A stretch of DNA of 63,775 nt, filler included, from Olpidium bornovanus S191 (lineage: Eukaryota > Fungi > Olpidiomycota), in the NCBI GenBank assembly GCA_017911155.1. It is 28 parts of 28 records of this genome, joined end to end, with 100 filler letters (N's around TTAATTAATTAA, not from the genome) between each part and the next. Parts side by side here need not be neighbours in the genome. Positions count along the whole stretch, not along the records: positions 1 to 1,430 come from JAEFCI010002808.1; positions 1,531 to 4,448 come from JAEFCI010013163.1; positions 4,549 to 5,842 come from JAEFCI010004695.1; positions 5,943 to 8,912 come from JAEFCI010011743.1; positions 9,013 to 11,507 come from JAEFCI010009462.1; 23 more parts are not named here. The stretch is one strand, 5' to 3'. The notes under the pieces were generated by a model. That model was given only the letters and a program-made list of their open reading frames with translations. It was not told the DNA's origin and did not search any database. Shown here piece by piece: positions 1-9,820 of the stretch (position 1 is its first letter; every line of letters begins with the position of its first letter). The position numbers were made by a program, and so were the translations under genes.

Positions 1-1
1 G

Positions 2-963
2 GAAAAGCAGATCTTGGCCTTCCTGCGCGGCGTACTCGAAAAGGACGCGGCCACGGAATGGAAATACCTGAAGGAAGAAGGGAAGGTAGCCACCTTGCCT
101 CTCGCGTGGAAGTACTTGGAAACACGCTTTGGTAAGGAAAAGCAGGACTCGACGGCCCTGCGGCGTCTGCTCGACATCGAATGAAAAGCCGGCGACACCG
201 TGCATCGCCTCCACGATCGCGTCCGCCGTCGTGCTCGCGAGGCCCTGGAATGTCCGGACGCTCCGCTTGCCAAAGACGTCTTTGTCGGCGCACTCCGGCC
301 GCTGAAGCTCTGTGTGCACGTCGAGGACGCCAAATCGAAAACTCTGGACGACGCGTACGCAGTGTCAAAGCGCATCATCGACACCATGCGGCGCGCCCGT
401 CGAGTGCAGGAACGGGACAGCCGTCGCCGTAGGGCCGAGTCCGATGGGAGCTCTTCCTCGGAATTGACCTCCTCGGAAACTGACTCGGAGGCAGAAGAGA
501 CGAACTCGCAACGTGACTCAACGGAATCGGAAGGCGACGAACATCGTAAGAAAACCATTGCATCCACAACCCGCCAACACCGCGTTCGCGAACCAGCACA
601 GAAGGTTCGACGAAAGACAAGGCCGCGCCGGGGGACTCTGCGCTGGACGCTGTTACGGAAGCTCTCGCTCGCATGACTCTTCTGATCCAACAGTTGACCG
701 AGCGCGTTCAGCACCAGGCGCAGCAGACGGATCAGTTGCGCCAGGCTTTGTGCTATGTCGTCGATCAGGAGAAAAACCGTCAGCAGCAGCGCGCACGGAT
801 CGGCCGCGAAGGGCGAGGTGGAAACCTCACATGCTACAACTGCGGCGAACCCGGGCACGTCTCCCGCGATTGCACTAAGCCTCGCAGTGTCCGCTCGACG
901 CCCTCAACGCCGGGAACCGGAGCCAATGCCGAGCCGCTAAAAGGTCGGCCGGCCGCGCCGTAG
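2..963 (+). mobile_element. gag: Decayed LTR-retrotransposon (Ty3/Gypsy-like) gag with CCHC zinc knuckle; premature stop and one frameshift
   Basis: Frame 2 reads from base 2 (EKQILAFLRGVLEKDAATEWKYL...) to an in-frame TGA at 182-184. It then continues in the same frame (KAGDTVHRLHDRVRRRAREALE, resembling the gag Q..GESV..Y..RL motif). The frame shifts at about 560-600 into frame 1, which holds CYNCGEPGHVSRDC (832-873). No introns; 5' end truncated by the window. Confidence 0.8.
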
Positions 964-1430
964 AGACGGGCGTGGTCGGCGAGTCCCAGTCTCTGTGGGT
1001 CTCGGCAGCAGAGGAGCCCCCGCGCGACTTTAGCCTGGCAGCTCATGAGCACACTGACGGAAGGCACACGGAAAGTCACGATGACTTCGCCGAAGGGGAC
1101 CCTCTTGCGGACTCTTTTGCCACAAAGCGTAAGGTCGCTGAACATGTGGAAGGTGAGGACGTGCCCCGTCTTCCTTCGAGGCGCGGTCGACGACTCCCCG
1201 GGCGAGTCGAATTCGATCTTTCGCCGATGGAGGTCGTACCCGACCGTCCGCCGAAGGAGCCGGCGCGTGAGCCGCCGAAGGAGCCGGACAGGATCATCGA
1301 TTGTCCGTCGAAGGAGCCCGATCATCTGCCGAAGGAGCCGGCGCGCGAGCCGGACAGGATCACCCCGCTTCGCATCAACCAAGGGGAAGTGTATGACGTT
1401 ACAGACCAAATTCGCAAACTGACCGTGACA
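964..1430 (+). mobile_element. Retroelement gag-pol linker / pre-protease region with P-K-E-P repeats (3' truncated)
   Basis: ORF directly after the gag stop, in another frame. It has PPKEPAREPPKEPDRI/PKEPAREPDRI repeats and ends YDVTDQIRKLTVT, resembling the YD/N..DL pre-protease segment of fungal Gypsy polyproteins (recalled, not searched). Confidence 0.5.
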
Positions 1431-1530
1431 NNNNNNNNNNNNNNNNNNNNNNNNNNNNNNNNNNNNNNNNNNNNTTAATTAATTAANNNNNNNNNNNNNN
1501 NNNNNNNNNNNNNNNNNNNNNNNNNNNNNN
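1431..1530. other. Artificial contig linker (N44-TTAATTAATTAA-N44); first of 27 identical linkers
   Basis: Identical 100-nt spacer with stops in all six frames. It starts at 1431, 4449, 5843, 8913, 11508, 13276, 15984, 17254, 23532, 25341, 27007, 28561, 30257, 31462, 32863, 36461, 37960, 39831, 42620, 44265, 46016, 48837, 51219, 53205, 55991, 59626 and 62297. Confidence 0.99.
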
Positions 1531-1571
1531 CAAACCGCGTTTATGTGTGCCATCGTCTTCGTATCATTGAC

Positions 1572-2166
1572 CGTAGTGCGGAGACCACGCCGACACGTCG
1601 TCGTGCACGTTGTAGAAGAACTGCGCCGTAAGGAGGTCGTTGCTGATCATGCGTGCGCCCGGAAGGCCGACTCCGCCGAGCGAGTTCGACCCGTCCGCAG
1701 ACGAGGGCGCGCAGCTGGCAAACTCAAGCGATTGACCCCAGGCGCCCCAGCTCGGTTGTTTCTCGCTGCGAATTTAATATTGACCAGCAGCAGCCGCTGA
1801 CACCCAGCCCCCCCTTACCCCCCCGCCCCCCCCCCCCCCCCCCCCCCCTCCCCCCCCCCCCCCCCCCCCCCCCTTTTCCCCCCCTCCTCGCCGCCCCTCA
1901 CCAGCCAGCCGCCCGCCACCCTCCGCAGACCCCCGCCCCCCGCCCGCCGCACGCCCCGCCGTTTTTGCCTGTGTCGACGACGTCCTGACCGGAGGGGAGT
2001 GCGGTTACCAGACTGAGCTCCGTTTGCGCGCCGTGAGACCGGCGCGCGGGACATCGTCGTCCGACGCCCTTTATTGCACCTGCGTGGTTCACCTTCGAAG
2101 GTCCGTTTCTGTGGCGGGTGCAGGACGCCGTCGTCACGCAGGCACGCATGCCCGTCGACATTCACA
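1572..2166 (-). CDS. Putative animal-type haem peroxidase (peroxidase-cyclooxygenase superfamily), N-terminal exons, partial
   Basis: Manual splicing (exon ending at 2080, GT..CAG intron 2079-1766, exon 1765-1572) gives QKRTFEGEPRSEKQPSWGAWGQSL...ADGSNSLGGVGLPGARMISNDLLTAQFFYNVHDDVSAWSPHYG. This has the spacing of the family pattern RTxDGxxNNxxxPxWG...ADG...LPxARxISN...S.....GQ. The upstream exon start is approximate. Confidence 0.55.
1808..1905. repeat. Poly-C/poly-G homopolymer tract (intronic)
   Basis: Long, nearly pure C run; lies within the inferred peroxidase intron. Confidence 0.9.
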
Positions 2167-2874
2167 CTGCACGTTTCCCGCACGGTGCGGATGCTTCCCG
2201 GCACCGGTTGGCAGTCTGATATTTGCACGCATCTAACCCCGGCCCTTGCTTCTATGTTACCGGTTTTGTCTTGCGCAGAGTGGAATCCTTGGGTTCTGCA
2301 GCGTCACGGCGCACAGATCTTGTTTGCCGGCAAGCCGGTTTATCAGGATTTACCGGTTCCCAATCATGGGTCGGTCGTCGAAGGCCGGAACGGATGATCG
2401 CAGGTTGGTTTTCGTGTCAACACATCTACTCTGTGATCCCTCGGGTTCAACCACGTCACCGCCTGCCGGCGAAGTTCGTCTAATCGATTTTCGCCAACGT
2501 CAGGGCTACCTCCTTGACCTGCTGCGCCCCTGAAACGGAGGTCTCGCCGCCAGATTTTCGGCTCTTGGCAAATTCTAACACTGAAGTGGTTGCGCCGAGC
2601 GGCGTTTCAGCACCGCACACCCCGAAGTTCTACACCGCGGTCAACGCGGTTACCGGAGCCGCGCGCTTAATCGCGCCTGAGGTCGCAAGGCTTTCCGTCG
2701 GAGACGCTGCCGCTCCAAGAGCAGGACACTTTTCGAACGCTGGTGAAGGTGAAGATTCCATGGGGATGTTGCCACGCCGACTTCGGTCTTACCATTCAAT
2801 TCATCCCCGGTCATTCTGTAATTTCCGCCCAATGCGGTCCAGCCGTTACTACTGTTACCCCATCTGGACAAGCG

Positions 2875-4448
2875 ATGTCCAACCAGGCTGCAATCATGTC
2901 TCAGGACGGCAATATGCGGGAGCAAGTTCCGCCTCTTAATTATCCCCACGGATTACTTGCCGCGATATTTTCGTACATGATTCATTTCAACAAACAGGCC
3001 CCCCCGCCGTACGAAGGTGCCGGGCCGTGCGGGGTCACGTTTGAGGAGGTCGTCGCAGGGATTCGGGACCAGTATCCGGAAGACGTTAAGGCCCTTGAGC
3101 AGGGTAGGGAACCATGGATGGTACGTACCCCGCTGGGCTTTGTACTGCGTTGGATACGCTGATCCTGAAGTATTGCCGCGGCTTTCACACTCCCAGACGG
3201 AAATTCAAGAGCTGCTTTCCGACGAAAAGTGGTTCCTGCATGCGTGCGACCGGTTCGCGATTGGTGGACTGAAAGGTACCGCCGGGAATGGCGACATGCC
3301 GCCACGGATATTTTATTCCTTTAAACTGGGGATCTTGAATGAGGCCATGGCGATCAAGCGCAGGGCTGGGGCAGATCCCGAGTTCTGCCTGGACCGGCAG
3401 GGCGCGTCTGTATTGGAACCTGCAGCGCAGACGGCGCCAACATCCCCTGTTCGAGGACATCGCCGACGCCCGGCGCGTCGTTCGGTGGATGTAAGTGGTG
3501 CCACGGACAGGGAAATGATTTTCGCGGCAGCACCTGAAGAACTGGCGCAGCCGCAGGCGGATGTTCCGGCAAGCAAGATTAGAACGTCTGCGCGTGGAAA
3601 ACGGAAAGGGAAACAGAGCGAGTCGACGACGTCCGCGCCGGTCGCGGAGAAGCGAAGACCAACGGCGAAGTCGGCTGGAAAGAAGACCGCCGGGCGGGCT
3701 GACATCGTCTCAGAGGAGGTTCTAAGAACGACAACGCCATCGGACCTGCCGGGAGGGCCAACAGCTGTAAGAATTCTGCCCGCTGACCCTGTCGTTCCTG
3801 CTGATTGCGGTCGGAGCTTCTCCGAAACGCCAACGACGATCGCGGCGCAATTGCTGCCAATGGAAGGCGCGCCGGCAGCGCCCGACGCCGAACCGACCGA
3901 GACGCCGCACGGGCGCACGCTACACCAGGAACTCGCAGCAGCCGCCATACTGAAGGACCTTGCTGCCGCGCGTGAGGCTCTCGCGTTCATGCGTTTCGAG
4001 CGTGACGATGCCCTTGGAAACTTCCACAGAGTGCGCGCTGAGGCCGAAAAGCTGCTGGCAGAGCGAAACGGTGCCAGAGACTCGGCGAGCACGCTGCGCG
4101 CGGAGTGCGATGAAGCGCGTACGAACGTTACAAGGTTGCATGCGGAGCGTGACGAGCTCCGATCCAAACTCGGCGAGGCCGCTATGGAGAGCGAAAATGC
4201 GCGCGAGGAAGCCGAGCGCGTGCGCGCAGAGAAAACTGCCACCGTCGATATATTGAACAAGACTTTATCGGAAGCCAGGAGATCCGTCGCTGAGCTTGAG
4301 AAGGCAGCTGTTGATGCGGCGAAGGCGCATGAGTTGCTGCAGGTGGAAAAAGACAAGATCGTCGAAGCCTTATCAAAGGTCAACGCTGAGCGCGACGCGA
4401 TGATCTCAGAAGCCGAAGCAATTCGTGCGGAAACCATTTTTGCAATCG
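2875..4448 (+). pseudogene. Intronless orphan ORF with C-terminal coiled coil, broken by a 4-bp duplication; probably transposon-associated; 3' truncated
   Basis: ATG at 2875 (frame 1). Removing one copy of the ATGG tandem duplication (3114-3121) joins it to the long frame-2 ORF (REPW|YVPRWALYCVGYADPEV...). The C-terminal part is heptad-like with repeated AERD/ERD. Confidence 0.5.
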
Positions 4449-4548
4449 NNNNNNNNNNNNNNNNNNNNNNNNNNNNNNNNNNNNNNNNNNNNTTAATTAA
4501 TTAANNNNNNNNNNNNNNNNNNNNNNNNNNNNNNNNNNNNNNNNNNNN

Positions 4549-5485
4549 CATGCCGGCCAACACGGCCCAGACCGGGAGAAAAACCACCGACCATGTCCAA
4601 GTTATGATCCCGTCGATCCGGAGGACCACAGCGAGCAGGAACAGCAGTGTGAGGAGCACTAGCACGGCGAACCCCATAACGAGGCAGCAGACCATGTCGC
4701 GGACCTCCGGGTCGAAGAACGTCCTGCTGCGCAAAGTCCGGTGCACGGAGTCGCGCGGAGGTTGATCAGAAAACTGAACGCAGATCAGCCTTACCCTTCG
4801 ATATAGATAAATATGGTCTTCCTGCCGAGACACCCGCATCTGTTCGTGTTGTCGCGGGAAATAAAAACGCGGAGGCGTCCTCGACCATACCCTGCGACCG
4901 TTCCCAGCATGCTAACGCCGAACTCGCCATACCTGCGAAGTTTTTGACAAGGAGGCAAAAGATGAAGACGTAAGCCGGTTGACCGCGCGCACGGCTTGTT
5001 GCCGTGCCGCCACTGCGGGGGCCGAGAGGTCCGGAAAACAAAGGAAGAGATGAAAGAAGGGGGGGGGGAAGAGAGAGATTTACGCGCCAGACGCACCGGT
5101 CGTAGACTGCCTTCTTCTTGGAGTCGCTGAGAATGCCGTAAGAACGTGCGACACCCTGAAAAGTCTGGGGATCGGCAGTGCGGTTTTTGTCGGGGTGGTA
5201 CTGAAGCGCGATCTTCCTGCCGCCGGCGGCGGGCAGCACAAAGCCAGAGAAAGGGGAAAAAAGGGGGGCAGAGCGGGAACTTTCCCACGCCCTCCTCCCT
5301 CTCCGGCGGGTGGCTCTGGAGAGAGTGCGAGGGAGTCCGAGAGAGAGAGAGAGAGAGCGGAGCGTGCGACGGCAGCATAACCGAAACGACCGACGAGCCG
5401 ACCTGTACGCTCGCCGTATCTCGTCATCGGTGGCGGTGGGCAGGATCCCCAGGCTGTCGTAGAGCGTGGCGGTCTTCTTGTCCAT
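4549..5485 (-). CDS. DnaJ-domain membrane protein (J domain followed by TM helices with W.W..VF.P.W motif), 3' truncated
   Basis: Spliced: MDKKTATLYDSLGILPTATDDEIRRAYR (5485-5403) | KIALQYHPDKN...AVYDR (5216-5097; HPD motif) | YGEFGVSMLG (from 4932) | ...VLRIDGIITWTWSVVFLPVW. All introns are GT-AG. Confidence 0.9.
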
Positions 5486-5663
5486 TTGTGCGGCACTGCC
5501 GGGGGGGGGCCGAGCGCGGCGGCGGACCACTGGCACCGCCCGGCGCGTCTCCGGCAAGGGCACGAAAGGCGGGCCGCGAGGATGAACCCCGGGAAGCGCG
5601 CGCGCGTGCGTGCGGAGCGGCCGGCGGCGGAGCGGCGGGGGCGGGGGGCTCCTCGGGGAAGGG

Positions 5664-5706
<43 letters not shown>

Positions 5707-6004
5707 GGGGGGGGGGAAAAGGGGGGGGCTGGGAAAAAAAAGGGGGCGAAGCGCTTGTTAGAAAATAAAGCATTTTTGCCGCTGTCAGAGAAGGCCAGCA
5801 ACGGGCTTCTGTGATTCTCCCGGTGTGATCAGGCGCAGCAGGNNNNNNNNNNNNNNNNNNNNNNNNNNNNNNNNNNNNNNNNNNNNTTAATTAATTAANN
5901 NNNNNNNNNNNNNNNNNNNNNNNNNNNNNNNNNNNNNNNNNNCATGGAGACAAGACCGCTCGCGCTCATCCAGAACAAATGAACCGGTCACACAGCCAAC
6001 TCAC

Positions 6005-6893
6005 TCGGCGCCGCACATCGGCAAGAATCCTAAGTCTTGGTACTCCTTCATTTTCGCCGCTAACAGTCCTCTTGGGCACGCCTCCACACGCTTGCCCCCA
6101 GCCTTAAAGAAGTCGACCAGGAAGAACGGCTCTTCGTCCTTCCACGGCAGCCGCCGGTACGTGGTGAGATCGGGTCTAGCAATCAGGTCACCGAAGCCTG
6201 ATCCCGCTCGGGTTTATTGGTCAGGTTATTGGGTTCGGACGCGGCTTCGGCCGAATTCGGGCAGCGTCGATCCCGTTCCTACCGCTGTTATCGCTCGAGA
6301 GGTACGATCCCCCCGGATACGGCCGGTCGTGGATGTCCCAGCCTACACAGAAGACGCAAGGGGCGCAAAAGAAAATCATAAAGGACGGTCAAACGCGGGA
6401 CGGCGGTGCACCTCCTGGGTGCAAAACTTCGGACGTGCCGCGGTGTAACTCCGCGGGACAAACGCCAAATACGAACCAAAGATCACGCTGCAAAAGCCTA
6501 AAACCGGTTGATCAGGGTGGGCCGGTACGACCCGTGGCCACGCCGTAGGACCCGAGAGCGGCACAAACCAAGACGACCAGTTAGACGACCAGTTAGCGTC
6601 TGCATGACGAGTCAGACGTGCAAACCTGCCGCTTGGGCCTTCCCAGCGTACCAGGGAACAAACGGAGAAAGAAAAAAAGAAATCCGCGGCTAAAATGAAG
6701 AGGTACGGAGCGCGACCAGACGCACGGCACCGCGATTCGCACCAAAGCCGTTCTCGCATATCCCTATGAATTTGTCCTTGTCCATGAGTTTTCCTCTGAG
6801 CACCCCGTCGATGTCCACTCCGGCCACAAACACCTTCGCGTCGTCGCTCAGAATGGACTTCACGTCCAGCGGCAAGACTTCCTGCTTAGCCAT
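6005..6893 (-). CDS. Glutamine synthetase type I-like (gamma-glutamylamide synthetase-like) protein, N-terminal half
   Basis: Spliced: MAKQEV...VAGVDIDGVLRGKLMDKDKF...NGF|GFCSVIF|GWDIHDRPY...|GFGDLIARPDLTTYRRLPW...ACPRGLL...GFLPMCGAE. These are GS-I beta-grasp motifs. Includes a 21-nt microexon at 6477-6497. Confidence 0.88.
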
Positions 6894-7132
6894 TGCGGTG
6901 AGTCCAGGGACTTTCCGGTTTCCGTGGAACGCGCGTGGGGGCCCTGTTCCGAGACTACGGTGCTCTTGGATGCCACAGGGCTCGAGGCGTGGGGTACGTG
7001 CCGACACGAATCGGACGCGGCGGGTTTGGCGGCGACCAAAGGGAGAAATCGAACTTGCGTGGATGAAGTCCGCCTCGCGAGCGCTTTACCAATGGCGCGC
7101 AATGGCGCAGCGGGGAGCGGGGGCGAAGCGGC

Positions 7133-8025
7133 TTGAGGTCGTGGGCCGTGTGCGTGACAAATTCCGCGCGCGAGAGGCGTCACGCCGTGGCCCGCCATTT
7201 TTACTCAGAGCCCGGTTGGTGGGCAGTGTTTCGCTCGACAGGACCGCTTCCTACGAATGCACAAAGGGCATCAGCAATGCGGTGTCTGTGGTGTAATGAG
7301 GCTGGCCACTCAAAATGTTTCTGTCGAAATCTATCAAACGCGATCCGCCAGGGTTTTGTTATCATCAAGGATGAGCGGATTGCTCGTCTGGACGGCATGG
7401 CTTTGTTTTACCGGCTTCGGGATCGGGAGGCACACGGAGGCTGCCTCTTGCTGTACACCGGCAGGAGTCAAATGAGCAAGCTGCAACAAGGGCAAATAAC
7501 AAGACATTAGGGCAGCGCGAGGGATCCCAATCTATTCGACTCAAAAGGCAAAACTGGCAGGGAGTGGAAGTAAGACAGCAAGCCGGAGTCGAGGAGAAAC
7601 GAGCTGGGAGTATCCAGAAATGGTGATAGCTGTAAACGAATGCGTGTAGTTTTGCCAATGCAAAAAGAGAACATGGTTCGGAGAAGGTACATGACACCTC
7701 CACCCATGGTCATATGAGAGCTCAACACATCAGTGGAATCTCAACCGGAGATCTCCGGATCTCAAGATCTGGGTTTGGAAAACAAAGCTCGCAAGAGGGT
7801 GGACCTGAAGTGAGGGCAAAAATAAAAGGAAAACTGACGGCTCCAATTCAAGAGTTTCAAGATCCGGAGCCGATCGCCGCTCAGGCTGTCTGCGGAGCCC
7901 AGATGACGACGGACAGAAAAACATTTATAAACTCATGTGCTCCGGTAACTGTCATGATATGCGCTCTGTGCGCCGACGTGGGCGCAGGTGTGCCTATAAG
8001 GTCCCAGCCACTCCCTGGGATCTGA
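7133..8025 (+). mobile_element. Highly decayed Gypsy-like gag remnant with CCHC knuckle
   Basis: CLWCNEAGHSKCFC (7283-7324; C-x2-C-x4-H-x4-C) followed by L..AIRQGFV....RI. A downstream degenerate APVT.....DV segment is present. The region has many stops and is visibly poor in CpG. Confidence 0.6.
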
Positions 8026-8273
8026 TGGGGGGGCGGGTGTGCCCGGCTGCCAGTCACGTGACTCACAAGAAGGGCACACACCTGCACCGTCCCACATGGG
8101 TGCCCTGGGGTGGCCCACACGCATGGGACGAAAGGTCTGCATTAACGCATGGGATTCCAACGCTCAGGTGATGAGCATTGACAAGGGCGCGCCACACCCG
8201 CGCGCCACACCCGCGCTGTTGAGCAAATAACTCAGATTTTGCGGGCAGTCAGTCCGGAACGCCCCAGGGCGTA

Positions 8274-8814
8274 TGAGACAGGGGTTTCGCCGGGGAGAAG
8301 GGTCGTAACCTCTCTCTCTCTCTTTCTCTCTTCTCGCTTTACCCTATTGTATCAAACTCCTTGCTGGCGGCGGTAGGCGGCAACTCGTAGTACCTCCGTC
8401 CGCGCTTTCTCTTCCTCTGTTCTATTTCGTTCGCGCGGGGATTGCTACGGCGCGAATTTTTGGGGTTCAGGGGAAATCTCTACGCCTCTCCCGAACACGG
8501 GTGTACGCTGCCTTGCCTAATTTCTCTGCTTTACGAGAATATCGTTCCCTGAAATTACACGATACTTCCGGGTGCGGCCTGTACCGCTTCGCCGTCTTGC
8601 GTTCTGCTCAGGGCCGGTAATCGATTTCGCCCGTTTTCCGGTTCCGTCCCAAAAGCGCCGCGCGCACACACACACCTGCACGCACACGCACTGCGCTCAC
8701 GAAAAAGGGACTCCGACTATGAGGGTCAAGGCATCTGCCACGTGCCCACGCCTATAAAGGACCAAGAACCTCATAGTCCCAGATAGAGTTCCCACGCACA
8801 AAAACCTCGTCTCA
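8274..8814. mobile_element. LTR-like or MITE-like element with TG..CA termini and imperfect terminal inverted repeats
   Basis: Starts TGAGACAGGGGTTT and ends AAAACCTCGTCTCA (reverse complement TGAGACGAGGTTTT). No matching TSD (gcgta / atctc) and no PBS or PPT seen. Confidence 0.35.
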
Positions 8815-9290
8815 ATCTCGACCTCGAACTAGCTATAAATCGCAAGTCTTTAGTAAATTCCATTCTCCGATAGCGCGTAACGTGAATAGACTTGTTACGG
8901 TAGCCATCCATGNNNNNNNNNNNNNNNNNNNNNNNNNNNNNNNNNNNNNNNNNNNNTTAATTAATTAANNNNNNNNNNNNNNNNNNNNNNNNNNNNNNNN
9001 NNNNNNNNNNNNAAAAAAAAAAAAACTGCCGCCTCGGTTTTCGCCCCCCCCCCCCCCCCCCCCGCCCCGGCCCGCTGTTTTCGCCGACATTTTTTTTTTC
9101 CGCCCGCTGTTTCCGTTTTCTGATGATCCTCCTCCGCCCCTCCACAGTCATATCCGTCACCGCCCACCACCCGCCCCGGCGCCGCCGCTCCCCGCGGTTT
9201 TTCCTCACTTTTCTCCGCCTCTCGCAAAAAAAAAGAAATTATAAAAGAGCAAAAATATATATATAAGAAAAGAATAAAAGAAAGGAAAAG

Positions 9291-9356
<66 letters not shown>

Positions 9357-9820
9357 TCCCCCCCCCCCCCCCCCCCCCCACAAACCCCCAACGCTCGACG
9401 AAAACCCGGACCCGCAATTGACTGCATGTGCCGCTCCGATCGTGCCGCCGCAAATTTGCCCGGCCCCACCGCGGGAAACGAAGGATCCGCCCGCAACTGC
9501 CGCCTGGTTTCGGCCACTTGCTCTCGCGGCCCGGCCCGCCCTTTCCGGAAAAGGTGGGCACAGTTCAGTCGTCGTCCCCGAGGGTGTCGGGGGCTGACTG
9601 CGTGGAGGCCCTGCGCTCGCTTCGCTTCCGGATGCCGGCGGAGGGGATTTGAGCGTGGCGGGAAACGGCTTTCCCCCGAGCCCCGTGGCTAGCGTCGCGG
9701 AGGGCCGATCGAGCATCACACGATCGCAGGAAAGGGCGGCACGTTGTTCAGGCGGCCTACAAACTTATAGGCGGTTCTTTAGTTTGTTAACCGCCGGCAG
9801 CCCCCGAGTGACGGACGACG

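Noticed and set aside
182-184. Alternative genetic code (TGA read as Trp or Sec)
   Set aside because: Host genes end normally in TGA (ECT1), TAG (RFC1, EPL1) and TAA (TMA22). In-frame stops occur only in TE relics.
1475-1486. TTAATTAATTAA as a recurring biological motif or PacI-type site
   Set aside because: Always centred in N44 flanks; it is the six-frame-stop concatenation linker.
3112-3124. ATGG duplication as a filled-in CATG/NcoI ligation junction
   Set aside because: A fill-in would give CCATGCATGG; the observed sequence is CCATGGATGG.
6005-6893. Bacterial contamination or recent HGT for the GS-I-like gene
   Set aside because: It has multiple GT-AG introns, including a microexon, in the same style as host genes.
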